Below, piece after piece: positions 13,365-28,200 of a DNA stretch of 64,000 bases. Source of the stretch: Lingula anatina (lineage: Eukaryota > Animalia > Brachiopoda); assembly GCA_051362555.1 (NCBI GenBank), contig CM120641.1, positions 8,618,001-8,682,000 of the forward strand, written 5' to 3'. Each line of letters opens with the position of its first letter. Within the stretch, counting starts at the first letter, position 1. The notes under the pieces are model-generated. The model was given only the letters and a program-made list of their open reading frames with translations, was not told the DNA's origin and made no database searches. The position numbers were made by a program, and so were the translations under genes.

Positions 13365-16300
13365 TGTATTTTACTTGCCAGTAACTAAATTTTTATTTTT
13401 TGTAAGAGAAAAGCATATAAATAAGTAAATATAAATTTTGTTTTAAGTAATGGGCTATACCATAGCATTTTCCCACACCAACTTGATTTTCCTTTATAAA
13501 AGTATTTCAAATTATCAAATATTCCGATGGAAAAATGAGGAATCTTATAGAAACTCTTTTACTTTCATGGTGGAAATGAAAGATGCAGCAAGTGCTATGG
13601 AGGAAATATTATGTTACACAGAAATGTACTAGTACACACATGAAGAACAGCCCAAACGAAATGCAATTGATCCTCCTAAACCTTTCGTAAATTACTTGGG
13701 CATTGTGAGACAAAATAAGCCTTACTAGTAAAGTCTTTCCTCTGTGTGCGTGTGTGTGTTTGTTTATATATTTGTGTGATGTGAGTGGTTACCACATATT
13801 AAGCTTAGTTTATTGTAAGGTTAAAGCATGGAAAGGAATTTTTTCAAATCTTTTCAATGATTTAGCTTTCTTTTATAACTATGTGGAACTACTTCCTTGT
13901 TGGTCTGGTTATAGGGCGTCCTAAAATTCCTGTCATGGAACAACTCTGACTGCACTCAATACTGTTTTGAATAAAAACGGTTTTAAGACTTAGTTCAGGA
14001 AGTAGATGTTGAAATCGCAGTTTTCATAAGTGTGTTGTCTTGAATAACCCACTGTAAGTCACTGCCCACCTGCTGACCACTTTCCTAGGGGATTATGTAG
14101 GAATGAGGGACACGAAAACCCTCCTGGAATATGAATCAGTTTTGGTTAAAATAGTGTTGGACACATCTAATATAAACCATTGCAACTTGTGTGTTTTTGT
14201 GATAAGATAAGTAATGCCAGTTATATGATAGTTGCTAAGGATTTGATACCCTGGGTGGGTTCACACACACACAGTAAACGGAATGATTCTTAGCTCTATA
14301 TTTTACATCATTAGTCATAACTGTAATCTTGCTCTATCTGTATATCATGACTTTTGAAATAGCTTCCCATGAATAAAATATACTGCACAATGTTAGTTGC
14401 TTCTGTTACAGCCTGGCTATCCTTACTGTGATCAGCACTAGTATTTTGAATTTCTGTTAGAAAGAGAAGGATCCCCAGTTGTTCTGTCTTATGTGAGTGT
14501 ACCCTGTGATTAATTTTGCTGTGTGCGAAGTTTGTGTGTAGAAGTCAAATCCTCACGTCATCCATCACCTTACTTGTAATAGAACATACTATGCATGGAG
14601 AAGTATTTTCAAAATAGTCACAATAAAGATAATTAAAAGTTCAATAAAGTAAAACATATAAATGAAATATATTCTCTTTTAAGGAGATTGTTTGAAAATA
14701 TGAAAAAGTAGATATTGCTATTAAAGGTATACCATACATTTTTTGCACCAAATTTTTAAAACCATTCCTTGAGAAAAAAGCATTTTTTCCTAAGTACTCA
14801 CCAATCATTACTTGACCTGTGCCTGCACTTGGTTAACTTTGCATATATTGTACCATTTGTAATTAAATAACTTTGTTCTTAATGAATCATGATTCATTTA
14901 AACCACCATGGCCTTCCTAAAATTTCAATATCAAGAGGAAATATCTATGTCAAGTGCTTTTATCCGAGGGTTTTAATAGTTTTTAAGGTCTGAATTGGGA
15001 AAGATAAGTAGCTTTACAGGATGTGTATAGACTTGAAAAATATGACAGAAAAATTGTCTTACACATACAGGTTACCTTTATATGAAAATGTTTTATGCAA
15101 TTTCTTGCTTTTGCTTGTACATGTTCGATTTATGTTATTTTTCATTTTTTTGGTGATTTGTAATTTGCTATATAAAACTGCACTACCGTAGTTATCAGGA
15201 TTGCAAAACAGTTGGGCTTTGCAGGTTTTATATACATGTAAGTGAGACTGAAATTTAAGAAGGAATAACAGACTTAAGTCAAAGTTGACGCTATTTGTTA
15301 CCTTTCAGGTTTAGTTACTATTGGTATTGTCATTATGTGCTTTAATCTGTTTACTTTTTAAAAGGAGTTTGTGTATGTTCAGAGCTGTAGGGTTTTCAGT
15401 GTTAAATTGTAATTTTTAAAAATTTTATGTTATAAACTGGTGAACATTTCTTTTGAATTTGTAAGAATATTTTTCATTGGTATTGTTTTCTCTTGTAAAA
15501 TGTTTTATAACATCATAGTATGATGTTTACTAGTATAGTGATATGGTGGAAAAGCAAATATTTAACCACAGGCTTTGTGGAATATATTGAGGAGTAAAAA
15601 GGTATAAGCCATTTATGTCTTGGTTAGAAGATGCACGCCTATGTCTGGTTTTGTGAGCTTGCAAGCTGTACAGATATGTTTTATAATTGCAATGGGTTAG
15701 TGTTCCTAAAAAAAGGCATATTATTCCAAATGTTATACCATCATGCACAGGACAAATGTCACTGAAAATATACAGAGTAATAAAGTGATAAAATCTGATT
15801 TTCTCCAGATCTTTGCATAGGGTACTGCGAACACCAATCCATCAAATAATCAAGTATATATCCTCAGTAATGTAAGTGATCAAGCTGGCATTTTTCTACA
15901 TGTAACATAAATTAAAAGTTAAAAGGCAGTATTGGGTATATTTTGCGTGTGAGAGAAAGAGAGAGAGATCCTACGAGTACAGGAACTTGTCTTTTAAGAG
16001 GTACGGACTCTGGATGATACTCTTGAGTCAGCACCTAGACAACAGAGGTTCCTTGTTCCTGATGACCTCCATGAAGCATAGAGCCACTACCATGGTATCT
16101 ATGTAGATCATGTCACAGAGGGTAGATAATTGTTATTTGGTTAGGCGGGAATAGTCAAGAATAGAACTTATTTTTAGAATTAATGGATAGGTGTTTTGGT
16201 AAAAATGATTTTTGTAATAACTTGTTATAATGCAGAGCTCAAATTGAAATGGCCTTTTCAAGGAATTAATTATGAAAATACAGAGAATACACGTTTAATA

Positions 16301-18090
16301 ACACGATCATCGAAATTTCACATTACTGTGATATTTTCTTTTTTTGAAAAGTTATCAAAAAGGATATATCGAAAAAGTCTTCCAGTGAAAGGGTGCATTC
16401 AGCTAAGATAGATAAGTGATTTAGGATAACACTGCAGTATTTTGAAATGCTTGATAACACAATCTGTCTATAAACAGTTATCTGGGTTGAGTTTTGGGTA
16501 AACAGTGGTTCTGTTCTGAATAGTCTGATTCTCACAGTTCATCACAGCAGTGGTGGTAAACAGTAAGATATTGGCATGCAGGTTTTGTATCTAATTGTAA
16601 CCCTACTGCTTTCTGCTGACCTTTCTCAGCATCTCTGTGTCTTCAATAATTCACACTCAAGGTATTTGCCTGGTTTTGCTTCCAGTGATATTTATTATTG
16701 AAGGTAATAGTTGCTCAGTGATAATGCACTTACTTGGCATGACCTGGATATAGATTTAGGCTGCAGTTGGAAGGGAAACATGTTTATGTAACTTTTTTTT
16801 TATAATTATTAAAGCCAATATTAAGAATTATATAATTTAACAAAACATAGCTGTTTGTGATTCTTTGTTATTTGGCTTGTGGTTGTTGCTAATTTGTGCT
16901 GTTATGTAAAAGCATATCACATTGATATCTGTTGAATTGGCACTAAGAATTGTTTTTTTGCTGCTGGGTCACTGAAAAGCATTTCCTTTGGACATTTTTC
17001 TGCTAGCCATTTTGAAAGGAATATTTCAGTAAATACACCAACAGGTGTATTTACTGAAATGAATCAAAAGAACAGAGTCTCTCTCATCTGGCTCACACCT
17101 GCCTCTTGTACTGAAACATTCTGAACATCCTCTAGCTTGCATGTGGTCTCTGTATACAAAATGATTTTTTTTTGCCAATTTTGATGAGCAGTTAATTATT
17201 TAAGAAAACTACTGTTGGTGCTCTGATAGGTTTGAGTTCTCCCCCATCCCCCATGACACTTGTGTAAAGGTATATATATGTCAGATATTGTGCTTGTGTT
17301 GGTAAATTAGGTGATATGAGTGCTCGGTTATATTTTTACTATTCCAACAACTTTTAGTTTACCACTAAACAGTTTTTACTTTTCTCAGTATCTTTCGTCA
17401 CTGCTGATGTACATATGATTTTTGTGATATTGCTGAGAACAAATGAAAAATACCTTTTCTTTATGCAGATTAAAGATATAACTAAGTCTAGATTTGATCA
17501 TGTTGGTAATAAGACTGTATATTTGCTTGAAAAGGAACTCTAACATTGAGAAAAAATCATTTTATCATGAAATGAAGTGCCTTGGTGCAATTTTCTTGAC
17601 AAAGTCACAGAACTCTTGCAGTCCTTACAACATTGACAGGTTTATGCTTTTACAATGGTAGCACCTGTTGTGGTGTCATTGAGTGAAAGCAGTTTTCAAG
17701 GCATCTGCATAAAAACTAATGTCTAAGAAAGGCCACCTGTTTAAAAAAGTTTAACCTCTTTTCTTTGGTAAGAATGGTAAGATCTTTGACTATTTAACTC
17801 GCAATCATCTTTCTCTGTATTCATTGACAAGTGATGGTGTTTTTGTCATTGGTATTTTTTTCTAGTTGCCACAAATATTTTTCTTTCATATGGTATGAAA
17901 ACAGTGATTTGTCAAAGAAAATTATAGTGGTTAAAAAGTGGAATTTCTTTGTACTGCTGCATTGATGATGTAGCCAAGTACAATTATTGTACCACTGGTA
18001 GGCAGTTGCCTTTGTTCCTTCAATTCATTTTGTTGACAGGGAAATACATTGTGAAGCTGTTTGTCAGCTATTAGTGTAATGTCATATTAT

Positions 18091-18124
<34 letters not shown>

Positions 18125-21100
18125 GTCAGTGAAGGAGTAAAATGGTTTAATGTCTCTGACAGTAGCCATCAGAAGTATTTTTAGCTTCTCATAGTCTAGT
18201 CAAATCATCTACCTGCATGATAGAAGAGTATTGATTGCCTCTCAAGAGGCAGTAATGAGAAGACATATAATATATATACATATATATTACACACTGTACC
18301 GGCATCATGCAAGTCTGTCATGGCTGCATGCAACTTCAAAAACCTAATGTATATCAGTCATTACACAGCACAATGCTGTGCTATGTGAAAGGTGTATTCT
18401 GCCAAGACAGTCATGAAAACTGCTTATGTCACTTTCTGTAATATGGCTTAAGATATTTGTGTGATCTATTAGGTATAGATACATCATAACATGTATAGAT
18501 TTTGACTCAGATCTAAATTTCTAGCTGGAAATTTATGTGCTTTTTTCTTATAATTATATGATATAATTTTGTTTAGTCAGCTTTCTATTTTATCAATCAC
18601 TAAAGGGAACTTTGTCAAATAACTGATATGATATCATCAGAATGGTGCAGTATGGTTCAGTAAAATAAGACAGAATTTGTTAGTCTCTTAAATTTGTTCA
18701 TTATATAAAATTTCAGGCTTGGAAGTTGTGAAAAGAGACAATCAGACAGACTACTTTGCAACATTACAAAGTTCTGCCTTTATGTTAAGGTTAAGTACAG
18801 AATGGGGTCAGGTAAGAATGTGTTTTTTATTTTTGTCACCAGTTTGATGAATAATAAAATTAATAACCCAATTTTAAGGACAGCTCCCTTTGGTATCAGG
18901 GATGGTTGTTCTTGTAAAGAAGTGCATCAATACTTTCTCATCTAACACATCATGAGGATGGTTATTTTGTAAATGCCAAAAAAGGACATGTTTTTTTTTA
19001 AATATTTATTCTGTTTAAAAATGCCTTGTTTCATTTTTTAACCACTGATTTGTGAATTTTTTGGGTTTCTCTCTATCAAGACAGATGTTTTAATTTTGCA
19101 CTTGTCTGCCGCAGAACTTATGCTGTAATTAGAAGTGATACCAATGGTATCTTATATATATAAGATAATTTCTGGATTTGACAGATGCCATCTCATGATA
19201 AGTTAAAAGATTTTAAAAAATTTTCAGCACAACTGAACATATTCTCATATCTGACAAATCTGTACTTGTTAAAGGAAAGGTAATGTGTTTTTGTCAGTTT
19301 TTAATTGCCATTTTGTGTCATTGTATTAATTGTCATTTCAGACAGTCCAGTGGTTTATTGCCTATACAGTTTGCATAGCAGTTGGTATCCTGTTTATGAT
19401 CATCATGCCTATTGTTGGTTGTTGTGTTTGTTGCTGTCGATGCTGTTGCAAGAAATGTGGTGGAAAAGTAGACCCTATGGAACCAAAGAATGCAAAATGT
19501 CGCCGAGTAGTGTTTGGGCTTGTGCTGGCTGTGATAACCACACTCATGTTGTAAGTAAAATTTGTGTGGACATTTTTTGTATAAAGAGTAATAAAATTTC
19601 ATCATTTGTTAGTTATGATCAGTCACTGTACTTTGGTTGTCAGTTATAGTTTAAACATTCAAATTCAAATTGTTATAGGGTAGAATTGTACCACAAGCGA
19701 ATATTTTCAACTGATCCACTTAACATTTTCTTATGTTAGTCAGACAGGTCATTTTGTTATTAGTTTAGAATTAACTCATTCAAATATTGGAAAAACTGCA
19801 ATTTTATGGCATTCTCTACTTTCCACCTTGATACTACAGGGGAGGAATGGTGTGTGCCTTTGTTACCAATGAACTGATGCAGGAACAAACCAACCATAAC
19901 AACAATGACACAGGACTTCTCAATTCCATCTCAAAAGAAATTGGCAGAATAGACGATTACCTCTCAAACACTCTGACGGTAGGTAGGAAGATGGGTAGAA
20001 GTCCCATTTGCTAATGTGTATTTTTTTTCTTGCTTTATCTGAGTGTCTGCACTTGGCCATGGCAGTTGTGATGAGTTATGAATGGTACTATTGACATGAC
20101 ATCTGTCTACATACCTGTCTGGCTCTTCTAGAAGTATTCTGGCCTCTGTTGTTGGAATCTGTTTGTTTGCTACCCATGTCTTGGCCCCTGTTTCATTAAA
20201 AGAAAAAAACCTCCTCACTGATATTTGGTCAGCATATAGAATTGTTTAAAGCAAGGAAGATAAATATATGTTGTTAATCTGGCTGACCTTGTGTCTTAAG
20301 GATGTTAGGCTTGAAGTCTTATCTGTGCCTGTTTTTATTCACATTTTGAGGCCAGAGTGATAAAGTGATAAAAACTAAATTCTGAAGTCATATGGTCACT
20401 TTATGATTTTATTGGCATATTTTGTGTATTTCAGGAAATAAATACTACTGTTATTAACAGCTATAATGGTGCAAAGGGTAGTGTAATTCGAAAAATAGAA
20501 GGTAATTTATAGTTACTGAAAGCACTGATATATCAGTGATATCATACATTGTTATTACGTGAAAGCCTGGCATTATTGAAAAACTTTCCAATTTCTATAA
20601 GTACATTTTATTTGTAAACAAAGAGAAAATATAATTTGGGATAACTTAAGTATGAATTTGTATTTAAGTAGCTATGTCATTATTTAGCCATAAATGGTAT
20701 TTTAACCAAAGTAAAGATAAAAAAGAAAGAAAAAGAGGGAGAAAACCCCACTCCTCCAAGAAAAAAGGTGTTTATGCAGATGTTAGCCTAGTATAGAGAA
20801 TTGTTCTGCACTGATACTTGTTTTTTTTCCTTTAGATGCTGCTGACTCTGCCCTGGACAAAATTGGAAATGCCACTAATGCATCTGAAGTGATTGTCAAA
20901 GCCAAAGAATTGGCAAAAAGTAAGTGAGAATACTGGAAATGCTAAAATTTGTCACTATTACATAATAATTTTTTTCATGTCTTATTTGAAAAAATAGGTA
21001 AAATGAAGGAGATAAAATTGATGTTATAGTATAAAAAAAATTTACCATTCTTTTTTATCTGATCTTAAAGCAGTAGTTTTGATTGGTTATATATGTGGTT

Positions 21101-24100
21101 ATTGATTTTTTTTGTATTATCATGAAACACTGGCTTGCATATAATAGCTAGACTCATAATTGAGATAGAATTTATTTTGAATTTTATTTATAATAAATGC
21201 AAACCTTTAAATTGTTTTTCTTTGGCATTGAAAAAGATATTAATCATTAAAAAATGTGTAATATGACACCCAGTTCAAAAAAGGTCTCAAATCATTCCAA
21301 GATGCTTTATTGTCAGGTGTGGAAACCTTAGCTGCTAATCTGGAGACTGTGAAAACTAATACAGAGGCTTTAAGTGACCTGACTATCCAACTTGATGGTG
21401 AGCTGGCTGCTGTGAGACAAAACATAAGTGACACCCTAAGTTCCTGTACTGTAGTAGCAGCATGTAATGCCACTGGGAGACAGCTTGATAGTTTACAAAC
21501 AGGAGCAAATTTTACATCTGTAAGTGAAAAAATCTGCCATTAATGTACATTTGTCAACATATATGACTTAATATAAATTCATTGTTTACAGATATTGATA
21601 TTATAACCATTTTTGTAAAATAAATTATGCAGAAAGATAAAGCTTGGTTATAACCAGATTTCCGTTTTGTTTTAATAAAAGGGTGATTGCAGAGATTGAC
21701 ATATTTGTGATATTAAATCCAGGGATTCAGGGAGGGGTGGTGTTGACATGCATTTGAATTGCTTATCATATCCCTGAGTTAATAAATTAATCATGCATGG
21801 TATGGCCTTGATTAATTGATAACTATGTTTGCAGCTTACAACTGATGCCCTTAAGACTATTACGGATGCTCTTAAAGAAGTTGAAAAAGTGCAAAATAAT
21901 AATATATCAGCAAAAGTAGAACAGGTAAATATAACAACATGGTATGACTAACTTGTTAAAGGAACTCATGAAAAAGCATATAAATTTGTTTGAAATAAAA
22001 GATCCTGGGCTCAAACTTTGGTTTTCTATTAAATTTCATTTTGGCTGAAATATATCATTTTGATGAAAAATGTGAAAAAAAAAAAATGATACTTATGCTT
22101 TAACTTCTTTGCTATTGAGCTATTGATGTTGCCCTATACTTGAAAAAGATGGTTTTTACAGCACTTTTACTTTTAGGGAGAACAGGAGTACAAAAACATC
22201 AGTGTCAAAGCAAAAGAACAATTGGACAATGAAATTAATAGTGAGATACTTATGTATTTGTTTGCAACTTATAATGTGTTACCTAGATTGTTTATCTCTT
22301 ATTGCAGTGCTTATTGTTAATTACCCATTAAAACTAATGAACAGCAGAAGAATAATTCATTCTTGTCCTGTATGTTATATAGTGATTTATTTCTTTGGGT
22401 GTAGATTTAAATTTACACATAACTGATACAGATGCATGCTGCTGATGATTCAACATGTGTTCATTGATGAAAAGAGCAAACATGATAATTACATTGAATC
22501 TGTTTGAAGATTATTCTTGATAAAAGGATATCTAACATACAAAATTATTTGCCTTTTCTTTTTTTCAGAGACAAAGGTAGAATTAAAGAAGTTAGATGAA
22601 AAACTTGGTGCAACCTTAGTAGAACTGAGTGCACAAACAAAGGTAATCATTTAAAATAAGGAACATCAGCAGTGATATCAGCAGCTCAGGTGACAGCAAG
22701 GCAGTAAAGAACAATATCTTTATATTTGAAACAACTTACCTAGCCAATGTTGGATACTCCCCACGCAGCTTTTTTAACCCATCTCCTCTAGAACAATTTT
22801 AATTACTTTTTTTTGTGAATAACAAATTTGTATCAAATTTTACTGAAAAGTACATGTGAGGTTAGAAACTTTACATGGTGCTTTATTTTCAAAAGTCTTG
22901 ATGGTTAATCCAAATTTGAATCTACAGGTGGAGAATGAACATTTAGTCACTGAAAATATATAGAATTCTTAACAGTTCATAAAAACAGAAATTGGGTCTA
23001 CATTATTAGTGATGTTTATCACAGGGTTGATTACAAGTATGAGGAATCTGACTGACTGCTTTGGAGCTTTAAGCCCAGCTTCAGTTTAAATGTACATGTA
23101 CCTTGATGTTAACTAAAGATTTTAGTTTTACTAAAACGTAAGGTTATTTTTTCAGACTTTTTCTGGTCCAGTAAATAATGCCAGAAATTCCATCACTAGT
23201 GCCTCTGATGCAATTACTCTGTATGGGAAATATAGGTTTGTGCTGCATTATAGACTGTTAATTAGCATTTTAGATGCAATGCTATAGAAGAAAGTTTTGA
23301 ATACATAAAAAGTATTTTAAGACTGCACTTTTCAGTAGCAGTGTGTGGATTTCTTTATTACAAATTGCAAGTTATATTAACATGTAGATTTTGAGGATGA
23401 GAGAAGTGACTCTTAAAAAATGAGAGATGCCTGCATAAGTAAAATTAATGTTGGTAATTAGGAAATTTGTAAATATATGTAATTAGTACCACCAGCGTGT
23501 ACACTGGCGGTACAAATGGTTTTAGTCCCGACCTGTCTCGTACAGCTCCGCTGGCTGACGTGGGATACAAGTCACTGTTACCACTTCTCCACCTAGACCA
23601 CAAGGACCTGTGTCCCCATCTCTTGGATTTAGGTCACATATAATCTACACTTGAACCCCCTGGTTTTTTGTCTCAGTCGGTGCATTGGCCTGGGCGTTAC
23701 CCGCGTTGAAACGCACCCTTGTCAAAAATTTTGAAAATTCAATGCTAGATATCTCCCTAGATATCTCTTATGTGGAGATTTCAAATATGCCCTTGTATTT
23801 GACCTTATTTCAAAGTCAAACAGACCAAAATTTTCTAATTTTTATTTCAGCTGATTTTTAGAAACTACACAGATCTAACCTTTAATATTATGGGCAGGTG
23901 TTACCCTTAGGGTCATCTTTCATTTTCGTGAGTTTGGGGTCAATCGGTGCATTTTCACGGTAGTAACGACCATTAGTTGCCAAAATTGAAAAAACTTTCA
24001 AATTCTGGAACCGTAAATGCTTGGGCCCTTTTTTTATGTATTTTGTAGAACTTGTCAAGTGCAACACAGGAGGTGGCATCCATTTTTTTGTTTCCGATAC

Positions 24101-25184
24101 AGCTTAGGCTTTGCACTATATCAAAATATTCAGTGGTGAAAATAAAATGTGAAATACTCCAAAATTAGCAGTCACTGTTGAGCTTGAATAGGAAGTAATT
24201 TACTGGTAATCTAACTGTGACCTTGAAATTGACCTTTGACCTCCTTTTTATGATGAACTGTACTTTGCATGTTTTCTGGCCTTTATATCTCCAAAATTGG
24301 CAAAGGAATGCCCATAGTTACAATTGAACTTGAATAGGAAGTCATATACTGTGACCTTGAAATTGACATTTGGCCTACTTTTTCACCACGAATTGAACTT
24401 TGCATATTTTCTTGCAGAGATATGCCCAGGGTTGCCCATAGGTTTTATCTTTTGTTAGCATATATGCAACACTGATAACACATTTCAAGGAAAACCAATA
24501 GGCCTATTGTCTAGAAAATCACAGGAGTGATCAATGTTAGGAAAATACAGGTCAATTTGAAAATCAGCTTGATTGGACCATTTTTATAGTTATATTTTTT
24601 CACATTTTTTTGCATATTTTGAGAACTCTTGTTTATTACATTTTATAGAGCTTGTCAAGCACAAGACTGGTGGTGGTGTCCCTTTTTTGGGGGGGTTTCC
24701 TTCCGAATGCGCTTACTACAGCTGGTGGTACAATATCCAGAGGTGGTATCGCCTCTCTGATCCTCTTGTTTGTTTCAGTTGTTTTCTAACTTCCTAATAA
24801 CTGCCTTTCATTTTTTGATCTGTGGGTATTTCAGATGGTATGCTGGGATTGGTCTGAGTTGTATCCTACTTTTGATAGTCCTGTTCAACTACCTGGGCCT
24901 GGCGTTTGGAGCATGTGGTGAACCTCCTGATGATGACGCTCACATGTGTAACACTGGAGTAGGAGCAAACCTGCTGCTGGCGTGAGTTGAAGAATTTTTT
25001 TGTGTGTTTAACCTGGAAAGAGGAAATTTATATGCAAACCATCTACAAAAATTTTCCTGATTTGTGTCACAAGGATAATTGATGCTATGATTTATACTGA
25101 ACGTATTCTCAAGCACATGAAATGATATTTTTATCAGATCAGTTCTGTTCACAATAAAAAGAATGTTAATGACCTTAATATTTT

Positions 25185-25273
<89 letters not shown>

Positions 25274-28200
25274 TCTGGATGTGTGTCTATGATGTGTGTC
25301 TTTGCTTTATCCACTTCAACAAACTGGAGAGATGCAACATCATCAACTATAATTATTCTGACAGTTTAAAAAAAAACCTTGTGAATTTGTCATTTCAGTG
25401 GAGTTGGTTTTACCTTCATCTTCTGCAGTCTGCTGATGTTGATCACTATGATTCTGTTTTTGGTTGGTAGTGTATCACACAATTGGGTGTGCCTTCCAAC
25501 AGATCCTACAAATCCTAATGCAGAAGGTTACAAGGTACCTATTTCTTTTGCATTTTAGTTGAATTAATGATTCATATATATATGAATTAATGATTCATAT
25601 ATATATATTGAATTAATATATTTTGTACAAAGCAAGTTTTCAAAAGAGTATGTTTTAGATGTCAGAGTTAATGAAAAGATGATCAACACATCATACTACT
25701 TATATAGCCAATGATGAAATTTTTTTAAACATTTGTTATATGATATTTCTCATAGCTTGCAGATGGTATCCTGGCTTCAAACAATATAAATTTAAGTGTC
25801 AGCGATGGAATTAAGTAAGTTAAACCTGTGTTTGTTTGTGCATGTTTGCCTATTTTGCTGATTTTTTTATGTACAGACACAGATGTGTCTGTACATATTG
25901 CCATCACCTGCGTCTGTCGTCGCTGATGCCGATGCCGATGCCGATGCCGTGCACTTTCCTTGTAAACACGATAAGTGGAGGGCAGTTGTACTTTTTGGCT
26001 TTATATTTACAGAGCTGGTGAATATTCATAAAACGCAGGTCAAGTTCGAAAATCAGCATGATCGGGCCATTATTGTAGAAGTTAGTTATGCTGTTTTTTC
26101 ACTTTTCAGCATATTTTTCACATTTCCTCAGATTCAATTCTTAGCTGTCATTCTTTGCTAGTGGTTACAAAATGTTGAATTTGACTGAAAATTTCAAACT
26201 TTCTCTGGGAAGCTGTAATTTTGCGATGTGATAGCTACACCATCACAGTTTATCATTTCATAAAATAGGAAACAGCAGCTGCCCTTTTTAGGGCACACAG
26301 GAGAGTTGAACAGCTATACCCACCAAATCCAAGACGCGTTACCCTGGGTAATATATTTTGCACAAACTAATGAAAGTCTAATGGAATGTTTTCAGTTTTA
26401 GTTTAAATCATAAGGGGGTGTTGTCTCAATGCTTCAAAACTGGGTTTGAAGAATTTAATCCACATTTCATAATTAATAAAAATGGTGAATATGTGGGTCA
26501 CGGTAACGTTATTGACGCAGGTACAAAAACTTTTTTATAATCATGTAAATAATAACAATATTTTTGCTATTATCCATACACACTTCAATCATGAGGGGCA
26601 CACCACTTTCACATGCTTTTAAAATGGAATTGACAAACACAGAGGAATAATGCACATATTTTATTTACTGTAACTCTGTCACATGGGACACACACTGAAC
26701 AAAGTTGATCTAAAGAATGTTCCAGATTGTAGTTTTTTATCTGAATTATTATTTTTTATTATTATTTTAACACAATAAAGTTCAGTTAAATACAAAATTT
26801 AACAAAATGAAGTTCAGTGTAACACAAAGTTCATAATTATAACATTCTTCCTGACATATGTGGACCAATGGTGATATCTGTTCTGTGCTCACTAAGGCAT
26901 CCACTCTTGGGATTCTGAAAAAAAAATCACACAAAGAATCTGTTAACTCTGATAACTAACAATGGATAACCTAAGATCACAACTAGTTTATTGCTTATTC
27001 AAACAAAGTACATGATCAGGCCACTATTTTAGTAGTTATGCTTTTTTTTTTCACTTTTCAGCATATATGCAACACTGTGAACACAATATAAGAAAAACAG
27101 ATAGGCCAATTGTCATTAAACTCACAGGAGTGGTCAATCCTTCTAAAAAACAGTTTCATTATTTAATTAATAAGATATTAAAAGTGTTTGTTTGACATTT
27201 CCTGCATCTTTACAACATTGTTAGTTGATTTTGAAAAAATGATGGTTAATTTGTTATCGTGTATTGTGTAATAAAGTTTCAAAAATGGAAATAAACTCAT
27301 ATCATTGCAGTTTGTCAGATTCAATCATTCACTATGTTCAGAATCTCAGAATGGAAGAAATTGGACATTTAACACTGCTCTATTGATATTTTTCCCATCT
27401 CATCAATTTTTTTAGTTGATCGTATAAAAATTGCAGTAAACTGTTAATTTTGTTTTATGTTAAAAAATGTTAAAAATGGAAAAAAAAAACCATTTCAGAA
27501 CAGTGCTGTCTTGTTTACATTTTGGCATTTTCAAGTTGTGACTTTGAAGTTCCATGGGCCTGAAGACCTTTGCTAGTCACATTTTCTGAATATCCATGAT
27601 ACTAATATTTTATTATTAAAAATTGATGGTCATTATGCTGTTAAACATTATGTAATATTGCATCAAAATTTGAAAAAAAACTATTTTGGGCACTGCTCCC
27701 ATGATGACCATTTAAGAAAAACCATGTCACTTACTGTTCTCAAACTTACAGGAAAGAAACATGGGACTAAAATATAGCTTCAGTAGGCAATGCAATCTGC
27801 CAGTTAAACAGTTTTTTTGTGAAATTTTAATTTTTCACATATTGGCATTTTCAAGGTGTGACTTTCAAGTTCCACAGGCTTGAAGACCCATGCTTGTCAC
27901 ATTTTCTGAAAATCCATGATACATATATTTTATTATTAAAAATTGATTGTCATTATGCTGGTAACCATTATGTAATATTGCATCAGAATAGAAGAAAACA
28001 CAATTTTGGGTGCTGCTGCCATGATGACCATTATGAGAAAACCATGTTACTTATGATTGCCAAACTTTCAAAAAAGAAATACAGGACTAAAATGCAGCCT
28101 GAGTTGGAAAAGCAGTCTAATTGACTTCTTTTTCTGGAAGTTTTACATTTTCAAAGGGTGAACTTGAACTCCCATGGGCCTGAAGCCTTATGTTTGTTAC

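Noticed and set aside
5412-18716. nested gene or additional exons in the long prominin intron 1
   Set aside because: No ORF with recognisable protein features, and exon 1 joins exon 2 in frame. Small alternative exons cannot be excluded by eye.
24573-24797. similar short ORFs (..SWWYNI.RWYRLSDPLVC) at 24573 and 42777 suggesting a duplicated gene
   Set aside because: They are translations of the shared non-coding 3' end of the HINE-like family A.
25163-25369. ORF with a poly-(HT) tract
   Set aside because: It is the translation of a (CA)n microsatellite in an intron.
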